Shown here: piece after piece, positions 11,335 through 24,352 of the stretch
Layout of the letters: every line of letters starts with the position of its first letter
Numbering within the stretch: the first letter of the stretch is position 1
Assembly: GCA_900088475.1 (NCBI GenBank)
Contig: FLMG01002914.1
Location: forward strand, 1 to 64,000
Reading direction: 5' to 3'
Length of the DNA: 64,000 bases
Source of the DNA: Hyphochytrium catenoides
Taxonomy: Eukaryota > Protista > Hyphochytriomycota
Translations under genes and position numbers: made by a program
The notes under the pieces: model-generated
Database searches by the model: none
The model's input: the letters and a program-made list of their open reading frames with translations, nothing else
Told to the model about the DNA's origin: nothing

Positions 11335-11599
11335 AGTTAGTTATAGAGGAGATAGATATAAGAAGTAACACCACATATTAACTAAATAATGTCGATGTAG
11401 AGCGGCAGGCATCAGAGTCTTCTAAGGAATGATGATCTACAGATTCTTCTTCTTTCATCTAGCATAGTAGACGGCATTGCAAACGATCCGGCTGTGCAGG
11501 TAGATCACTCTTACCCCTCGGGTAATGTTCTCAACAGTCCGGTACGAGCCATAGCTAACTGGTCCGTGACGTCGATCGAGAGAGCTGCAACAACAACAG

Positions 11600-12420
11600 G
11601 AGGGGTCTCAACCCGGGTCTTCCGCCTTATCTTTACGTCAGACTGAGGAGACTGCCAGCGCCGCTACCTCGCACAGACAAATCCTCCTGCCCTCATTATC
11701 AGAGGCAACCCACTATCAGAGGCAACGACTTGTTTGTATGTGCATGGCGGAGTGGTGGAGGCAAGACGACTGATAGGAGAGGGTACGGGTTGACTTACTG
11801 CAGAGCTTTAGGAAGGCGTCTGCTGTCGATCGACAATAGAGCCGCCAAAGCATCACGATTATCTACAGACGGGATGCATGAGTAAAGCTATGAGGAGGTA
11901 CTCCTCGATTAATATGAGTAACTTTAACTCATACAGCATGACGAGTTACCCGCGGCTCTACCTACTATGACTCATATTAATACCTCCCGCTTGACAGTCA
12001 TATGAGAGTATACTCACGGGCTATGGGGCAGAAGAAGCACAGGACTCTAGACTATCAGACTCTCGCACAATGCACTTTATTTTGAAGAAGTGACCGATCT
12101 GCAGTATCGGTGACTCCAACGACGTGAAGCTTGCAAACGCCACACTTTACTATTTGGCTGATCCCTGAATGAGAAGTCGTCGGTAAACTTGTTTGGCTGT
12201 ACCACCATGATAAGGATTATGACTGTCCTTGCCCGTGGGACACTCTTGTGCCGGAAACTTGCCTGGCCTAGCCCCGTCACCGATCGTTGTGGTTGATCCC
12301 GTCCAATGTCCTCTCCCCCCACTTATTATACGCTTTCAATCTTCCGTGCCTGGACTGGTGCTCCTGGCTGCTTTCCTTCTTTTCATCCTCCTCCACCTCT
12401 TCGTCTCATCTTCAAGAAGA
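11600..12420 (-). pseudogene. Decayed tandem paralogue of the Cys-rich GPI-like gene at 14680-15441
   Basis: 23-nt identity ccttgcccgtgggacactcttgt (12227-12249 = 15228-15250) plus collinear blocks: cgtcggtaaa (about 12178 vs 15189), gccacacttta (about 12139 vs 15166), tatcaga (12053 vs 15093), ctggtgc...catcc...ttcgt (about 12355-12410 vs 15386-15420). No intact frame. Outer boundaries are approximate. Confidence 0.72.
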
Positions 12421-14679
12421 GAAATATTATCAGCAGAGCTTCGGCGGTCTTTCCTCCTAGAGACTGAATGTAAGTCTAGGGTAGAAGCCAAACATCCTGG
12501 CTGCATACGCTGCGCTACAACGACGCGATGCTACGTCGTCAAGTAGCATATCTATGACTGTTTGGGCCTTTTCTGATTGGACTACTACTAGCTAGCAACG
12601 TCGTCTTTTGGACAAACCGGTTTTCTTTCCCCTGTTGCGGGGCCAAGATGAGCTGCTGCATGCTGCTTGCAACAAGGGAAGAGGAGGAGGAGCAGATAAA
12701 AAGTATCGCTTCAGTGTTGCGGCGGTGGGTGTGGTGTGATGAAGTGTCTTGTGCTGGTGCCTCCAAGCAGTCCACCAACTGGAGATGATGCGAATCTGCC
12801 TTCTTCTTCTTCATTAAGTACCGCCTTCGTTCAATCTAACTATTGCCCTCACCGGGCATATTATAGCCCAAGCAACAATCTCCTCCGTGCCACACAGCAG
12901 ATACATCATCACCTCCAGAAGAAGATGGCAGCAAAAGGTAGTCTTTCTAACAACGCCGAGTCAATAACACCTACTCCGTACTTATTGATATTAGTAGAAC
13001 CACAAGAAGATGCTATGTGGGTAGCCCTTGTGATAAGGAAGGAGAAAGGAAGGAGGAGAAGGGAAGAATGATGCCAGTGGTGGCCCCGCAGCAGCAGCCG
13101 AGCAGCCGCATCACTGCGGCGGCGCTGTCGCCTCCGCTCCTTTCTTCATCCTCATCCTCAAAGCAAGAGCAAGAAGAGCTTGCCGTCAAGGAACGGCAGC
13201 AGCAGCAGCAGCAGCAACTGCTACAAATGGTGAATGAAGGAGGTGGTTGTTGGGCGACAAAGAAGAAGAGGAAGCAGGAAACAAAAACAAGAAGAAGAAG
13301 AACGAAGGAAGGAAGTGAACAAAGAACAAGGAGGAGGCACAATGAAGTGTGGCGACCTCGACCTGGGTGCTTACTGAGCAGTGTCCAAAGGAGGAAGTGC
13401 TGGGTGGGTGGGCAGCTGAGGGGTCCATCACTGTCATGGCGATCGCTGTCGCCTGCGGCTGCGGTATCATCTTCGTTAATCTTCGTCACGGGGTATCATG
13501 GGGCACGCGCGCTGCGTGCTGCCCCGGTGATGATGGTGCAGCACCAATCCCTTTAGCTGAAGTCACTGCGGCGATAAATGCTGAACATTTGGGAAGTGGG
13601 GCAGTTGGACAAGAAGAAGACGGAAGCCGCAGAATCATTAGAAGAGCAAACTTGTCTTCAAAAAAAAACAACCGACCAAAAGCTGAAGGCAATAAGTAAC
13701 AAAGAGAATGGCGTGACTTGCGCCCGCGAGGCGGCCACATTGAAGCAGAGGAGGAGATGAAGCAAGCAGCAGCAGTGGATAGAGCAGCAGGAGGAGGATG
13801 GAGGACGACCAGCTGTAAGTGGTTGATCGCCGCATCTGCTGTTGAGTGGTTTGGATAGAATCTATGTGTTTGTGCTGACAACGAAGTGGCAGCCTCCTCC
13901 ACTTCCGGCCGCTTCATTTGTCTAGTCTTTCTTATCATCTACAATCTATAGGCATCAAGTACACCGCAGCCAGCTTGTGTCGCATAAATAGATGTCAAGG
14001 TCATTAGTATACTAAGCTGGAAGAAGGATGGTCTTATTTATGGAGGAGTACAGAAGATAGAGGACAATAGGTGATGATTGAGCCCGCTGGTGGCCATCGA
14101 ACTCCTCGTCGCCATCCTCTAAGCAAGCACAAGCACGGCAACAAGCATGTCAACAAGGGGCCGCGGTTTGCTAGCTCCATCCCTTCTTATTATTATACTT
14201 TTGTCCACCACCGTGAAGCCATCATGCTTTGACAGTAGTTGGTAGCTTGTTTTACAGCGCGATATTATCACCTTATTGAAGAGTCTGTCAACATCCTTCA
14301 AAGGGGCCGTGATGATAGGTAGGTAGTCCTTCCTCCACATATCCAGGGGATGCTCCCTCTCCTAACTCTTTAGAGATATCAGGTTCCTTCTCGCATCCTA
14401 GTATCATCACTATGGGTTGCTCCTCATTCACTCAAAGCAGTCAATCGCTCTCTGTTATTAGCACTTTTAATAAGCTCTGGACTTCCTCATCATCATGATG
14501 CGACACAGCATTAGTAGAGGAGATGTAGGATTAGTAGAGGCGATAACGAGGATGCAGCAGAGTTTCCTCTGAGGTCGAGTGGTTCAAGCTGTCAGTATGT
14601 TAGATGTAACAGCCAACGAATCTGTGAAAAAAAAGGAGATGGCTAGGTAACCACAGACGCGGACAAAGATGAAAGGGTT

Positions 14680-15441
14680 CTACCCTCCTTCCGGCACCAA
14701 GAGGAAAAATGCAGAGACTATAAGGGGAGCTGCAAGTGATGGGAAAAAGAAGAAGAGGCGTCGCGCAGAAGGACCATCAGCACTGCTCTCCGCACTATTT
14801 CCTTCCGCTGCTGGTGTGGTGGGGGCATCGTTGGTGCTGTCTCCTGCTGTTGGAGGAGTTCCAGTGACTGGTGACGGAAGAGGACTTCCGGTCTTAGGAG
14901 GGCTATCAGTTCCCGATTCCTTCGCGGAGCCGGCCTTGCATCGATTCTTATAGCACGCGCCCTCCCTTGACAAAAGGCCGCCGGATTCGATCAGGCAATC
15001 CTTGAATGTGTCCTTTTTGCAGTCAGGCAAGCACTTTGGAGCGCAGACTCTCTCTGCGTACTGCCAAATCTCTGAGACATCTGTGGCGGGGATATCAGAG
15101 TCTCTTATAGCACATTCCATGAGCTGGTCCATAGTGCAAGGGGATCCAACGTACAGCCTGCAAGTGCCACACTTTAGTTGATCCATGACGTCGGTAAATT
15201 TGGCCGCACACGTTGCATATTCACTGCCCTTGCCCGTGGGACACTCTTGTTCGCCAGGGTTGCTTGTGGGGGAGTCCACCAGAGACCTTCTTACTGTCCG
15301 GAGGGCCGCTTGCGCGTCGTCAACCTTACCCAGCGTCAGCACGAGTAGAAGGACTCCAGTAACGACGAAAGCCTTAAGAGTTGATCTGGTGCCTTTTCTC
15401 ATCCCATCACCTTCGTTTCTTTGGACGGAAGTAAACTTCAT
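14680..15441 (-). CDS. Secreted Cys-rich protein (12 Cys) with Ser/Thr/Pro-rich stalk and hydrophobic C-terminus (GPI-anchor-like), function unknown
   Basis: ATG at 15441 (MKFTSVQ...), hydrophobic AFVVTGVLLLVLTLG, Cys-rich domain, S/T/P stalk, small-residue omega-like region SAESSADG, then LFFFFPSLAAPLIVSAFFLLV. Confidence 0.8.
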   Translation of the reverse strand: MKFTSVQRNEGDGMRKGTRSTLKAFVVTGVLLLVLTLGKVDDAQAALRTVRRSLVDSPTSNPGEQECPTGKGSEYATCAAKFTDVMDQLKCGTCRLYVGSPCTMDQLMECAIRDSDIPATDVSEIWQYAERVCAPKCLPDCKKDTFKDCLIESGGLLSREGACYKNRCKAGSAKESGTDSPPKTGSPLPSPVTGTPPTAGDSTNDAPTTPAAEGNSAESSADGPSARRLFFFFPSLAAPLIVSAFFLLVPEGG

Positions 15442-17631
15442 GATGGTCAGATAGATCCTTCGATGCCGCAAGCAAAGACAGGTACGAAATGCTCGTCTAG
15501 CGCTGAATGAGCTCAATAATATTTCTATGAGTACCCTAGCGTTGTTTCCCGTTCCTGACGGTCAGCAGAATAAATAGGTGTTCTGATGCTCTGCTGGAAA
15601 GTTGGAAAGTGATCAGGCGCAGGGTCTGATACCAAGTCTGATGGATGGTTAGTAGGCAATCAAAGTCCATTGTGGCAGTAGGGGCTTCACCAACAAAGCA
15701 ACGGCGACTTTGTTCTCTGCCGCATTATATGATAGAGTAGTAGTCCCGCCTCGTCTGTGTTAGTCACGGCAAAAGACAGGACCTGCTGCTGCTGCTTTGC
15801 TATCCAGGGCTTGGTGGTTAGGAGAGGGAGCGCTGCTTCGATGAGACCAATGTGTCAATAAAATAAAGCGTTGTCCCGGCTCGGGTGCTGCGGCTCATTG
15901 CGATTGACTACGGGTCCCGTCCCTCCTACTGCTGCTCTAACTAGCTCAACTACTTTCCCATATTACTCCCTTGCTATGTACCATCCTCCTCGTCTAATGG
16001 TGGATCAAGCAGCAAGAAGAAGGAGCGGACCAGCGAGGAGTTGGCCTCCTTTCAAGGTCCCTTGTTCTCTCCTTAATAATGTGATGACGGAACCCCATCA
16101 ACAACGCAGGCTGCTGCTCTTCGTGATATGGGTTACACGACACCCTCATCTTGTTAGTTATCTCTCATCAATCTCCGCTTTTCGAGTGTACAGCGACGAC
16201 TTGCCACCTTTCTTTGATACGAGGCCACAATGAGTTGCAAGAGAACAGGAACAGCAGGAGCACATGATGAGGGTCGCCCGCCTGATAGCAGCTAGCAGCA
16301 GTGTGAGGAAACCTCTTGTGATTGTCCCTCCTCCTCCCGTCTCTGGCCACTCGGGAGGAGGAGGAGACAAGGAGCAGCAATGAGAAGGCGCAAGCTGCAA
16401 CATTAGCCCTGGGGCTAGAGTGGTTGGATCACAATCCAACCTGTTACATTAGGAATTAAACAGGAGACATAGCGGCTGCTGATTGGGGCGATGTCGTGAG
16501 CTCTCTTTGTGAGGCCAGATGGGAGTAGTATGAAAACGGGAGAGAGGGATGTGGGTGGGGGTAGGGGTGGGGAAGTAAGAGGTGGTGGTTCGGGTTGTTG
16601 TTGCCCAGACGAGCAGCGGCCCCGCCACCTCGTCGTCCGTCCCTGCCCTGTCCCCGCCCCTGCTGCTCTATTTATCATCATCACATCCGCATCAAGTAAG
16701 CAGAAGAGGATGAAGAAGATGATGTTCAAACAAGGAAGCGCGGCGGGCGGCGGCGACAGCGACAGTAGCGGAAGAAGCGCATATTAATCGGGAGAAGTAG
16801 AAGCTCGGCAGCAAGGCCAGGACAGACGAAGAAGAAGAACAACTATGTGCTGTCAGCTGCCTGCCTGCTTGCCTCCTCTCTGCTGTCGCGGTCGAAGGGA
16901 GAGGAAGGTGAGTGTGTGAAGGGGCTCACAGCATGCCAAGAGAGGCCGTCAGGTAAGCTGGGGAGAGAGAGTGAAGTGAGTGGGGTTACAAATGTTAGGC
17001 TAAGGCGGAGGAAGGAGGAAGGAGGGCGGAGGAGGGAGGGAGACTGCGATGAGAATAGCATGACCCCCCAGCCATCTCTGTCCTCCCTCTGGAGACTCGG
17101 GTACCTCGCCTGCCAATGCCTCTCCTCTGATCTCTCTTCATCATCATCATCATCATCAGAAGAAGAAGATTGTCGATGGGTCTCGGTCGAGGCTCTAATA
17201 AAGGCTCAGGAGGAGTAGCGGACGAGCTACAGCGCGACCCAACGTCCAAAAGGGATCGCGTCGCCGTATCGCTCGCCGCCCCTTCCTTCAGTTCGCTGCT
17301 TCTTATGTGTGGTGCTGCGGCGCGCTACCGGTGCGTGTACTTCCTACTACTGCTGCTGCTCTTCGTGCTGCTGCTGTCATGAGGACTGGCGCCGCCGCGG
17401 TGGTCTGAAGTCACTGAAAAGGGAGTGATAATCCTTTGAACGTTTCCCGTCCTGATGCCACCACCTTCTACACTAGGTAAGGAGCGAACTTACAAAAGAC
17501 AGCTCTACCACGAAGACAGCAGCAGTAGAGCTGGTATTGTCATCACCAACCGCTTATCGCTCAGGGTCCCAATCAGAACAAGAAAAAACATCGCCACGAA
17601 CATCATCATCATCACTTGACCAAGGAGAAAG

Positions 17632-19362
17632 ATGATGGAAGCAGATGGGACTGTGAATCTTAGGTGTGGAATTTGTTCCGGGTGGCTGACAAGTCCCGGT
17701 CGCCTCCACCATTATCAAGCTTGGCGTCTCAAGTACCAAAAAAGACAAAGAAGTCGTGCTCAGCGTGGTAACGATGACGGTAATGACGGTGATGGTAGCA
17801 GCGGTGGTAAGGAAACGGCAGAGGAGGAGGATGATGAAGAGCCGGACGACGAGGGGTGGTGGAATGGCGCGGAGACATCGTTCTTTCATGGCCTCTTGGA
17901 AGGCGACCATTACAGCGCTTCCAGCGCCATTGCCCTGGACATGACCGATCTCGTGCAACAGAAGATCGAACTCTACACAGGAGAAGGGGAGACAGTGAAG
18001 ATTGGAGGTTCTTTGCCAACACGACGGTAGAAAGGGATTTGTTGTCATGGATACCGATGGTGGCTCAGATTTTGACAAGCGGAGTGATCTGCACACATGC
18101 TGCTTGCTTGGAGCTCTATGTCGGGACGACGCTGTACGACGAGCAGGAGCGCCACCAAGGTCCAACAGAAGCAAGGGTGCGAGAAAAAAGAAGGAGTCGA
18201 CAAGGTGAGCCGATGAGAGAAGAAGGGCTGGATAATAAAGAAGAGGAGGAGCAAATAGAGCAAAAGAAGCAGACGACTCTCCGCCGCCTATTCCTCTACC
18301 TCTCTAAGTATTGGGGTTCCTACATTTCCGAGTACCTTGAGGAGGCGGTTATAGGAGTTGAAGCATACCGTGATCGCATATATTACTCTAGTGAGACCGA
18401 CTACGGCAACTTCTATGTCGAGGCATATCCAGCCGCTTACTATCAATGGGGCACTGTCCCGAAAATGAACGCTCTGGAGCTACGCCACCTGCTGCATCGA
18501 CAACAAGGAGGAGGACCGGGAACGCAAAAGCGAACTCTGGTGGACGGGACTCAAAGGAACAAAGTCCAGAAAACTGGCATAACTGCATCTTCGTCACCAA
18601 GTTCTTCTTCGCCTTCTTCTTTGGAGATGCTTCTAGTCAACATGACTGACATCTCGGTGGTCATTCTGACCTATCTCAACTACTTTGAGCAAGAGGCGTT
18701 CTCCCTTTGCAGTTCCTCTTGCTTCCGCTCTCTGCTGGAACCTGCGCTGCAGAACTGGTACAAGATGAAGGTCGACAACGACAACATTGTGTTTGTCCCT
18801 CCTTCCTGGAGCTTGTCGTGGGACAGTGCTAAAATCGTTGAGGAGATTGGGCAGCTCGATCCAGACCTTCATATTAGAGCAAACTCCTCTGACCGCTCTG
18901 TTATTATTGACCCGCTCCTCTTCCACAACCCTACTACGGAAGTGAAAGCCGCCTCGTCAACGATGACATCTGAAATGGAGGAAAGGCATCGATCATCATC
19001 AGAGTGTGTCAGTAGAAAAGAAGGCAGAGGATGAAGTGACAGCCATCCAGGCAGGACATCCGCCACTGAATTGGAGGCAGTTCCTGTATCGTAGTGCCTG
19101 TTCCCCTAGCTGGAGAAATAGGCTGCGTATTATTCTATGTAGCAGACAACAGTTGAACGAGGCAATTGGTCACAGCGGACCGATCGACGCCCCAGAGGAC
19201 GACGATAGTGCTGACGATCATGATGGAAGTACCTTTAGAAGCCAGTATGTGCGGGAGAATGACTTCCTCAGCCGCTATCTCAATCTTACCGCTGAGGGCA
19301 TGCAGAGTTGGGATGAACGATCTTTAAAGTTCATAGAAGGCCTTAACCGCCCCCCCCCCTGA
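17632..19362 (+). pseudogene. F-box-like gene split over three overlapping ORFs (two frameshifts, or unrecognised short introns)
   Basis: ORF1 contains LRCGICSGW. ORF2 contains CTHAACLEL and F-box-like SLEMLLVNMTDISVVILTYLNYFEQEAFSLCSSSCF. ORF3 contains LNWRQFLY...WRNRLRII. Frame switches at about 17985 and 19010. Confidence 0.5.
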
Positions 19363-19502
19363 TAATCTCTAACAACAAGGAGGTAATAAATTATTATGAG
19401 AATATCTCAGTGGCGTGTGTGAAGACAGGGCTGATGGAAAGTTTATGTAAGGAATACCAGGGTTGTTACTGCTAGCGTTCGGACCCGGTACTGGAAGTCT
19501 CC

Positions 19503-19588
19503 CTTGTTGCACTGTCCTTACAACGGAATATGTGGTCTTCTACTCCCTTCTTGTTGCACTGTCCTTGGAATGTGTTGGTCTTCCACTG
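19503..19588. repeat. Imperfect tandem duplication, 47-bp period
   Basis: cttgttgcactgtcctt at 19503-19519 and 19550-19566, each followed by ggaat..tgt..ggtcttc.act. Confidence 0.85.
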
Positions 19589-22500
19589 CGTCACACCACC
19601 ACCACGTTGCAGAAGGTAGTAGTTCTGATAATCGTACTTTGACCTGTCTTCTTATTGCGGTGTCTTCTTATTGGACAGCAAACGGAACTTCTTCTGGAAG
19701 TAAGACTTCTTCACATTGTGCTTTTTCAAAAATATTTCTATCTTTTCCTCCTTCTGTCTTGAATGTCTTGCACCTGTGTACTTGGCCACTTCATCAGTAC
19801 TACTGATAGTCGGCTGCTGCCTATCAACTTCCAGTAGTTAAATAAGCTAAGCTATAGTAGCGCTAGAGAAACTTTTATAGATAAGGGCTTATATAATGGG
19901 CTCAGCAGCTAAGCACTCGTGGTGCTGTAGGCCAAGAAGAACGAGGAGGTGAGAACGGTAGTGGCGCAGGTGTGCAAGCTGACAAATCCATCTATTTAGG
20001 TAGCAGCCAACAACAGGGAGATGAAGAGCCATTGGAACCTTAATCTGTGACAGCGCTGCAGCTCTGGGATCCCGACCCTCGCCTGTGCGCTCCTTCTCTT
20101 GTTTGAGTCCTCCTTTGCGCTTCTGCTTATGAAAACTACTCTTCATCAGATCCTCATTCTTCACAGCCTGGTCGTCGAACAGCAACACTGCTGCTGGTAA
20201 GAAGAGTCTAGCTCTGCTCACTGATGACTACTGCTGCTGTGCATACGACGTAGGAGTAGGCAACACGCAACCGCTATTTGTTGCAGGCCCGCCCGTACAG
20301 GGAAAAGCACAGCAACAACCTTCAGTGGTGACATGATGGTGAGTGAAATGATGATGATGGTGTTGGTTGAAAACCGAAAAGACAAAAAAGGCAGCTAGCG
20401 CAGTTGAGGAGGAAATTCTTCCAAGAAGATAAGATGAGATCGGGTTGGGGCTGCGGACGTGCAACAACGTAGTGGCACAGAGGAGCAGTAGAAGCAGGCC
20501 ATGTAAACAGTGGCTTCGCCACTCCCATTTCTTAGCGTCCCTTCCTAATAATAAACACAAGTAATAGTACGTAGATCTCTGGTACCAATGGCATGCCGAG
20601 CCTGACAGAGCTTGTGATTCAGAGGCTTCTGCTGCGACTATAGTAAGTCTAGCTAGGCTCTAGCGCAGTCTCATTTTGGACCAACTGATTCTGATAAATC
20701 GTCTGGTTTGCCTGCTGGGCTTTGGAAGCGGCGCTTGTTGGAGGATGCTAGGAGGTCTATTTATGTAGTTCACACCACCAGCAGCAAGAGTGCCTTAGCG
20801 ATAGAGTCCTTGTAGAATGATGATGTCTTCTGGCCTACAGAACTGCTGGACTGTTGAGCATGGTCTAACGGGCCAAGTATTCAACCACCAGCAGCTCCAG
20901 TTATTTAGTACTATTTTTTTCTAAATAGCAAGATCCCAAGATCTGAATAATGGAGGCCTGCTGACAGGGAGGCGAACAACTGGATGACATCAAAGGTACG
21001 AACCGCTTTTGAGCTGTGGTCAACCAGGAGGACGTCTCCTTCAGCCTCTAGAAGAGTACTCGTAGTCCTCCTCTTCTTGGCAGGAACTCATGTTGGAGGA
21101 GCAATAGTCTTGATCTACTACAGTACTACGAAGTCTTGGTCTCATCCATCTGTTAGGGCTTGAAGGGCTAAAAAGACTTTGACAACACCTAACCAGCCGG
21201 ATAGGATAAGCAGGGTAGGAGAGGCAACCGGGCTTGTGTTGTTCCTTATAACAAGAGCTTCTTCCTCAACTCGTTGCCTTGGCACAAGCAAAGAAGAAGG
21301 ATCTCCATTACGAATAATAGACTGACTTCTTGCGAAGAGCCTTCCTAGGTCTGTTGAGAGGTGCAGGAAGTCGACAGTCAGAGTGTGTTTGGCTCAGGAG
21401 GAGAGAAGGCTTCTTTCCTGCCACCTCTTCTTCTGTCTACAGGTTCCTTCTCTGGCCTTGCTTCTGTGTCTTTGCATGTATATCTAGGGTAGGAGGACCT
21501 TTTTCGTAAGGAAAAGGTTGCTCTTCTTTCCTCTGCGCAAGAAAAGTAATGAGAGAAGACTCTCATCAGTTCCCTTGAACTCATCTCTGAGGAACACATT
21601 CTTACTGTGCACAGAAGCTGCTTTCGCGCTTCTTAGGTTAGCAAGACTCACCCTTCTTGCTGGTCACTAGAGCTCAAGGCTTTCTGGTGACTAGTCCATA
21701 TTTCTGTTACATCAAATCATACAGCCCTCATTCACTCGTCATCATCTGTCCACAGCGTCCTCTGAGTGGAATACGTGTGCTTCTTAGCTATAGCTGCTGC
21801 AGGACCAACAACAATCATCACCAGCTTGATTAGCACTATCACTCCTCCAGTAAATATAGTTTTCTAGTATCAACCTTCTTGTGTCCTCTGTTGGGAGCAG
21901 GCTGACCTTCTTCTCAACAGGCACCGCGGATACTAGTAGTGTATGTACGTACTACTCCTCCTTCTTCATCAGTAGTCCTCGAGTCATCCACCATTTTCTT
22001 CCGCACCACTCTTGTTATTATAAGACATGGCACAACCTACTACTAGTTAGTCCTCCTTCTTCGCATGCAGTCGCCACTGTGTCGTCCTACTCTTCTACCT
22101 GTCCTGCCTGTTGGTGGAAGTAGACCAACCTTCCCCGTCGCACTTGGCGCTGTCTTTTATTATAAAAACAGCTATGGAAGGGGCCAGCACCTCTTGTACA
22201 CCCTGAAATAGAACTAATACTAGTAGGACCAATGTACGCGAGAACCAGCGGCAGCCTCTTTCTCCACTACCGTTTTATGTAATGCGGGCACCACTTTGGA
22301 TACTGGCAGGTACTTGAACATGTGCAAGTACCAGTCTTAGGCAGCTCCCATACTATGTATGACCTGGTCTACTTGGACAACTGCCCATACTTCCTTTGAC
22401 ATAATGCTACAGGTATACGATACGTAAGTACAAATATGTGAAACAAGTATGTAAGCAGTTTCGTTGGTCGTCAACCTACCCACCCCTCTTGTCTGACTCC

Positions 22501-23147
22501 CTACAGCTAGTTAGAAGTGAGCGGGTGGGATGTTTCAGTGCTGGATTTATTTTCTGGATTCTTGGTGACAGACGTTTGATTGCCCACACTGTTACCATCT
22601 CTCCTGCAAGCTCTGGCTGACAGCTATTGCTGTAAATACTATTGCTTTGGGTATCTATCTTCTTTTCTGTCCCACCCATCTAGCTTATGAAAGGCAAATG
22701 AGGCATCCATAAAGTGGCAGAGAGCAAGTCCCTGGAGACAAAAGTAAAATGTAAACGACAAAGAGAGAGAGAAGAGACAGAGTTTTCACGAGATATATCA
22801 GTATGGAGCAGCATGCAGAGCCATACCTAAATGTGTGATGGGTTATCACCAGACAGAGAGAGGAAGAGGCGAGACAGAGATTCGTATACAAAGAGGGCTC
22901 AGTGGCAAGAGACAGGAGAAGGTGATGGACACGGAAAGGGCCGCCAACGGACTGTGGCGAGATATATCTAACACGAGTTCCTGCTGTACTTACCGCCGGA
23001 TTCGTGGGCTCTGTGTGCCATCATGTTGGGGGGTCCAATTCTTTGGCATGAGCGTTCCTCGCTGATTTCTGCCCCTTTTCCCACGCTCCCATTGCTTGGG
23101 TTCAGTGCTTCACGCTTTCTGCTCGACAATTTTTGGACCACAGGAGC

Positions 23148-23480
23148 ACACTCTCTCTCCCTCTCTCTCGCTCACTCCCTCACTCTCTCTCTCTCTCTCT
23201 CACTCTCTCTCTCTCTCTCTCTCACACTCCCTCACTCTCTCTCTCACTCTCTCTCTCTCTCACTCTCTCTCTCGCTCGCTCGCTCGCTCGGTCGCTCACG
23301 CACTCTCTCTCTCCCCCTCGCTCGCTCACTCTCTCTCACACTCTCTCTCTCTTTTCACTCTCCTTTGCTACTCTCTCTCTCACTTTCTCTCTCTCTCTGT
23401 CGTCTCTCGCCATTCTCTCACTTTTCTCTCGCCCGCACTCGTAGTGCGTCTGCCCTTTCGTGTCTCTCTTCTCTCTCTCT
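23148..23480. repeat. Compound (CT)n microsatellite tract
   Basis: Interrupted CT/CA/CTCG repeats; the source of the spurious SLSLSL ORFs. Confidence 0.95.
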
Positions 23481-24352
23481 CTTTGCATCATCTCTTCTCT
23501 CGCACACAATCACTTATTCTTGAGAGTAATATATTTATTATTACCGCTCTTTCCCTCTCAATCCACCCATCAAGCTCCCTATAAGGACCAATCCCTTCCT
23601 GAGTGTTCGCCCTCATCTCTCTCCCTTTCTTTTTCAATTGTCGTTGATCCTGTGTTCTCTCTTTGTAGAAGCCTATCTATCTATCAATGGCGGGCAGCAG
23701 TGATAAGACGACAAAGGTAGGAAGAACTTTTGAGTTTGTTCGGCGCTCAGGTGGTACAAGCTGCACCGGCTCTGATTGGAGGAAGAGAAAGAGACAGCGC
23801 CGCTGGTTGATGGGCTTTGATGATGTTGATGCACCAGCAGAAAGGCTGGGCTGAAGATGCTGAGGCTACGGGTGCAAGCAAGGAAGGACAAGTGAAAAAT
23901 AATGAAACACCACGACGTCGAGAGGACAGACACAAAGGCTTTTACGTTCCTTCACAGTTCTGCGCATTGCTGTAGACTTGGCAAGCAGCGCACTGAACTC
24001 ATCAGCAGATTGAACGTGCCACTAACGACACGCGATTGAAGAGATCGTGAGGACCTCCGAAACACGGTGGTTCCTCTTCTGTTAGCAACACAAAGCAGAA
24101 GCTTCGGCCTCATTTGCCTGATTTCCCAAGCTCGCCACCAGTAAACTGACAGACACACCATAATCTATGTGTGCATTGCCTCAAGAGAAAGTCTGGTACA
24201 CTAGCCGGATGATGTTCATGATGAGCTAAAGAGAGTCCCCTGATGCTTGTAGAGCTTCTTTGGATATCCAAACTGTGCCCACTGCCTTGACGCCAAGCGT
24301 GGGGGTTTCGCGAAAGAAAAGCACGCCATCTAGTGGAGAAGGGTGAATAGCA

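Noticed and set aside
10784-11368. Poly-S/F/L ORFs resembling membrane proteins
   Set aside because: They are translations of a TTC/TCC simple repeat.
12500-14600. Multiple 100-180 aa ORFs on both strands, including a faint glutaredoxin-like fragment near 14200-14300
   Set aside because: Low-complexity, triplet-rich sequence with no domain motifs or coherent exon chain; the resemblance is too weak to call.
15871-17400. Short overlapping ORFs
   Set aside because: Low-complexity slippage-type sequence with no recognisable protein signature.
19889-22700. Possible decayed gene or transposon on the - strand
   Set aside because: Fragments are protein-like in places, but no RT, integrase, transposase or other motif could be identified.
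23023-23584. SLSLSL ORFs of 100-166 aa
   Set aside because: They are translations of a CT microsatellite.
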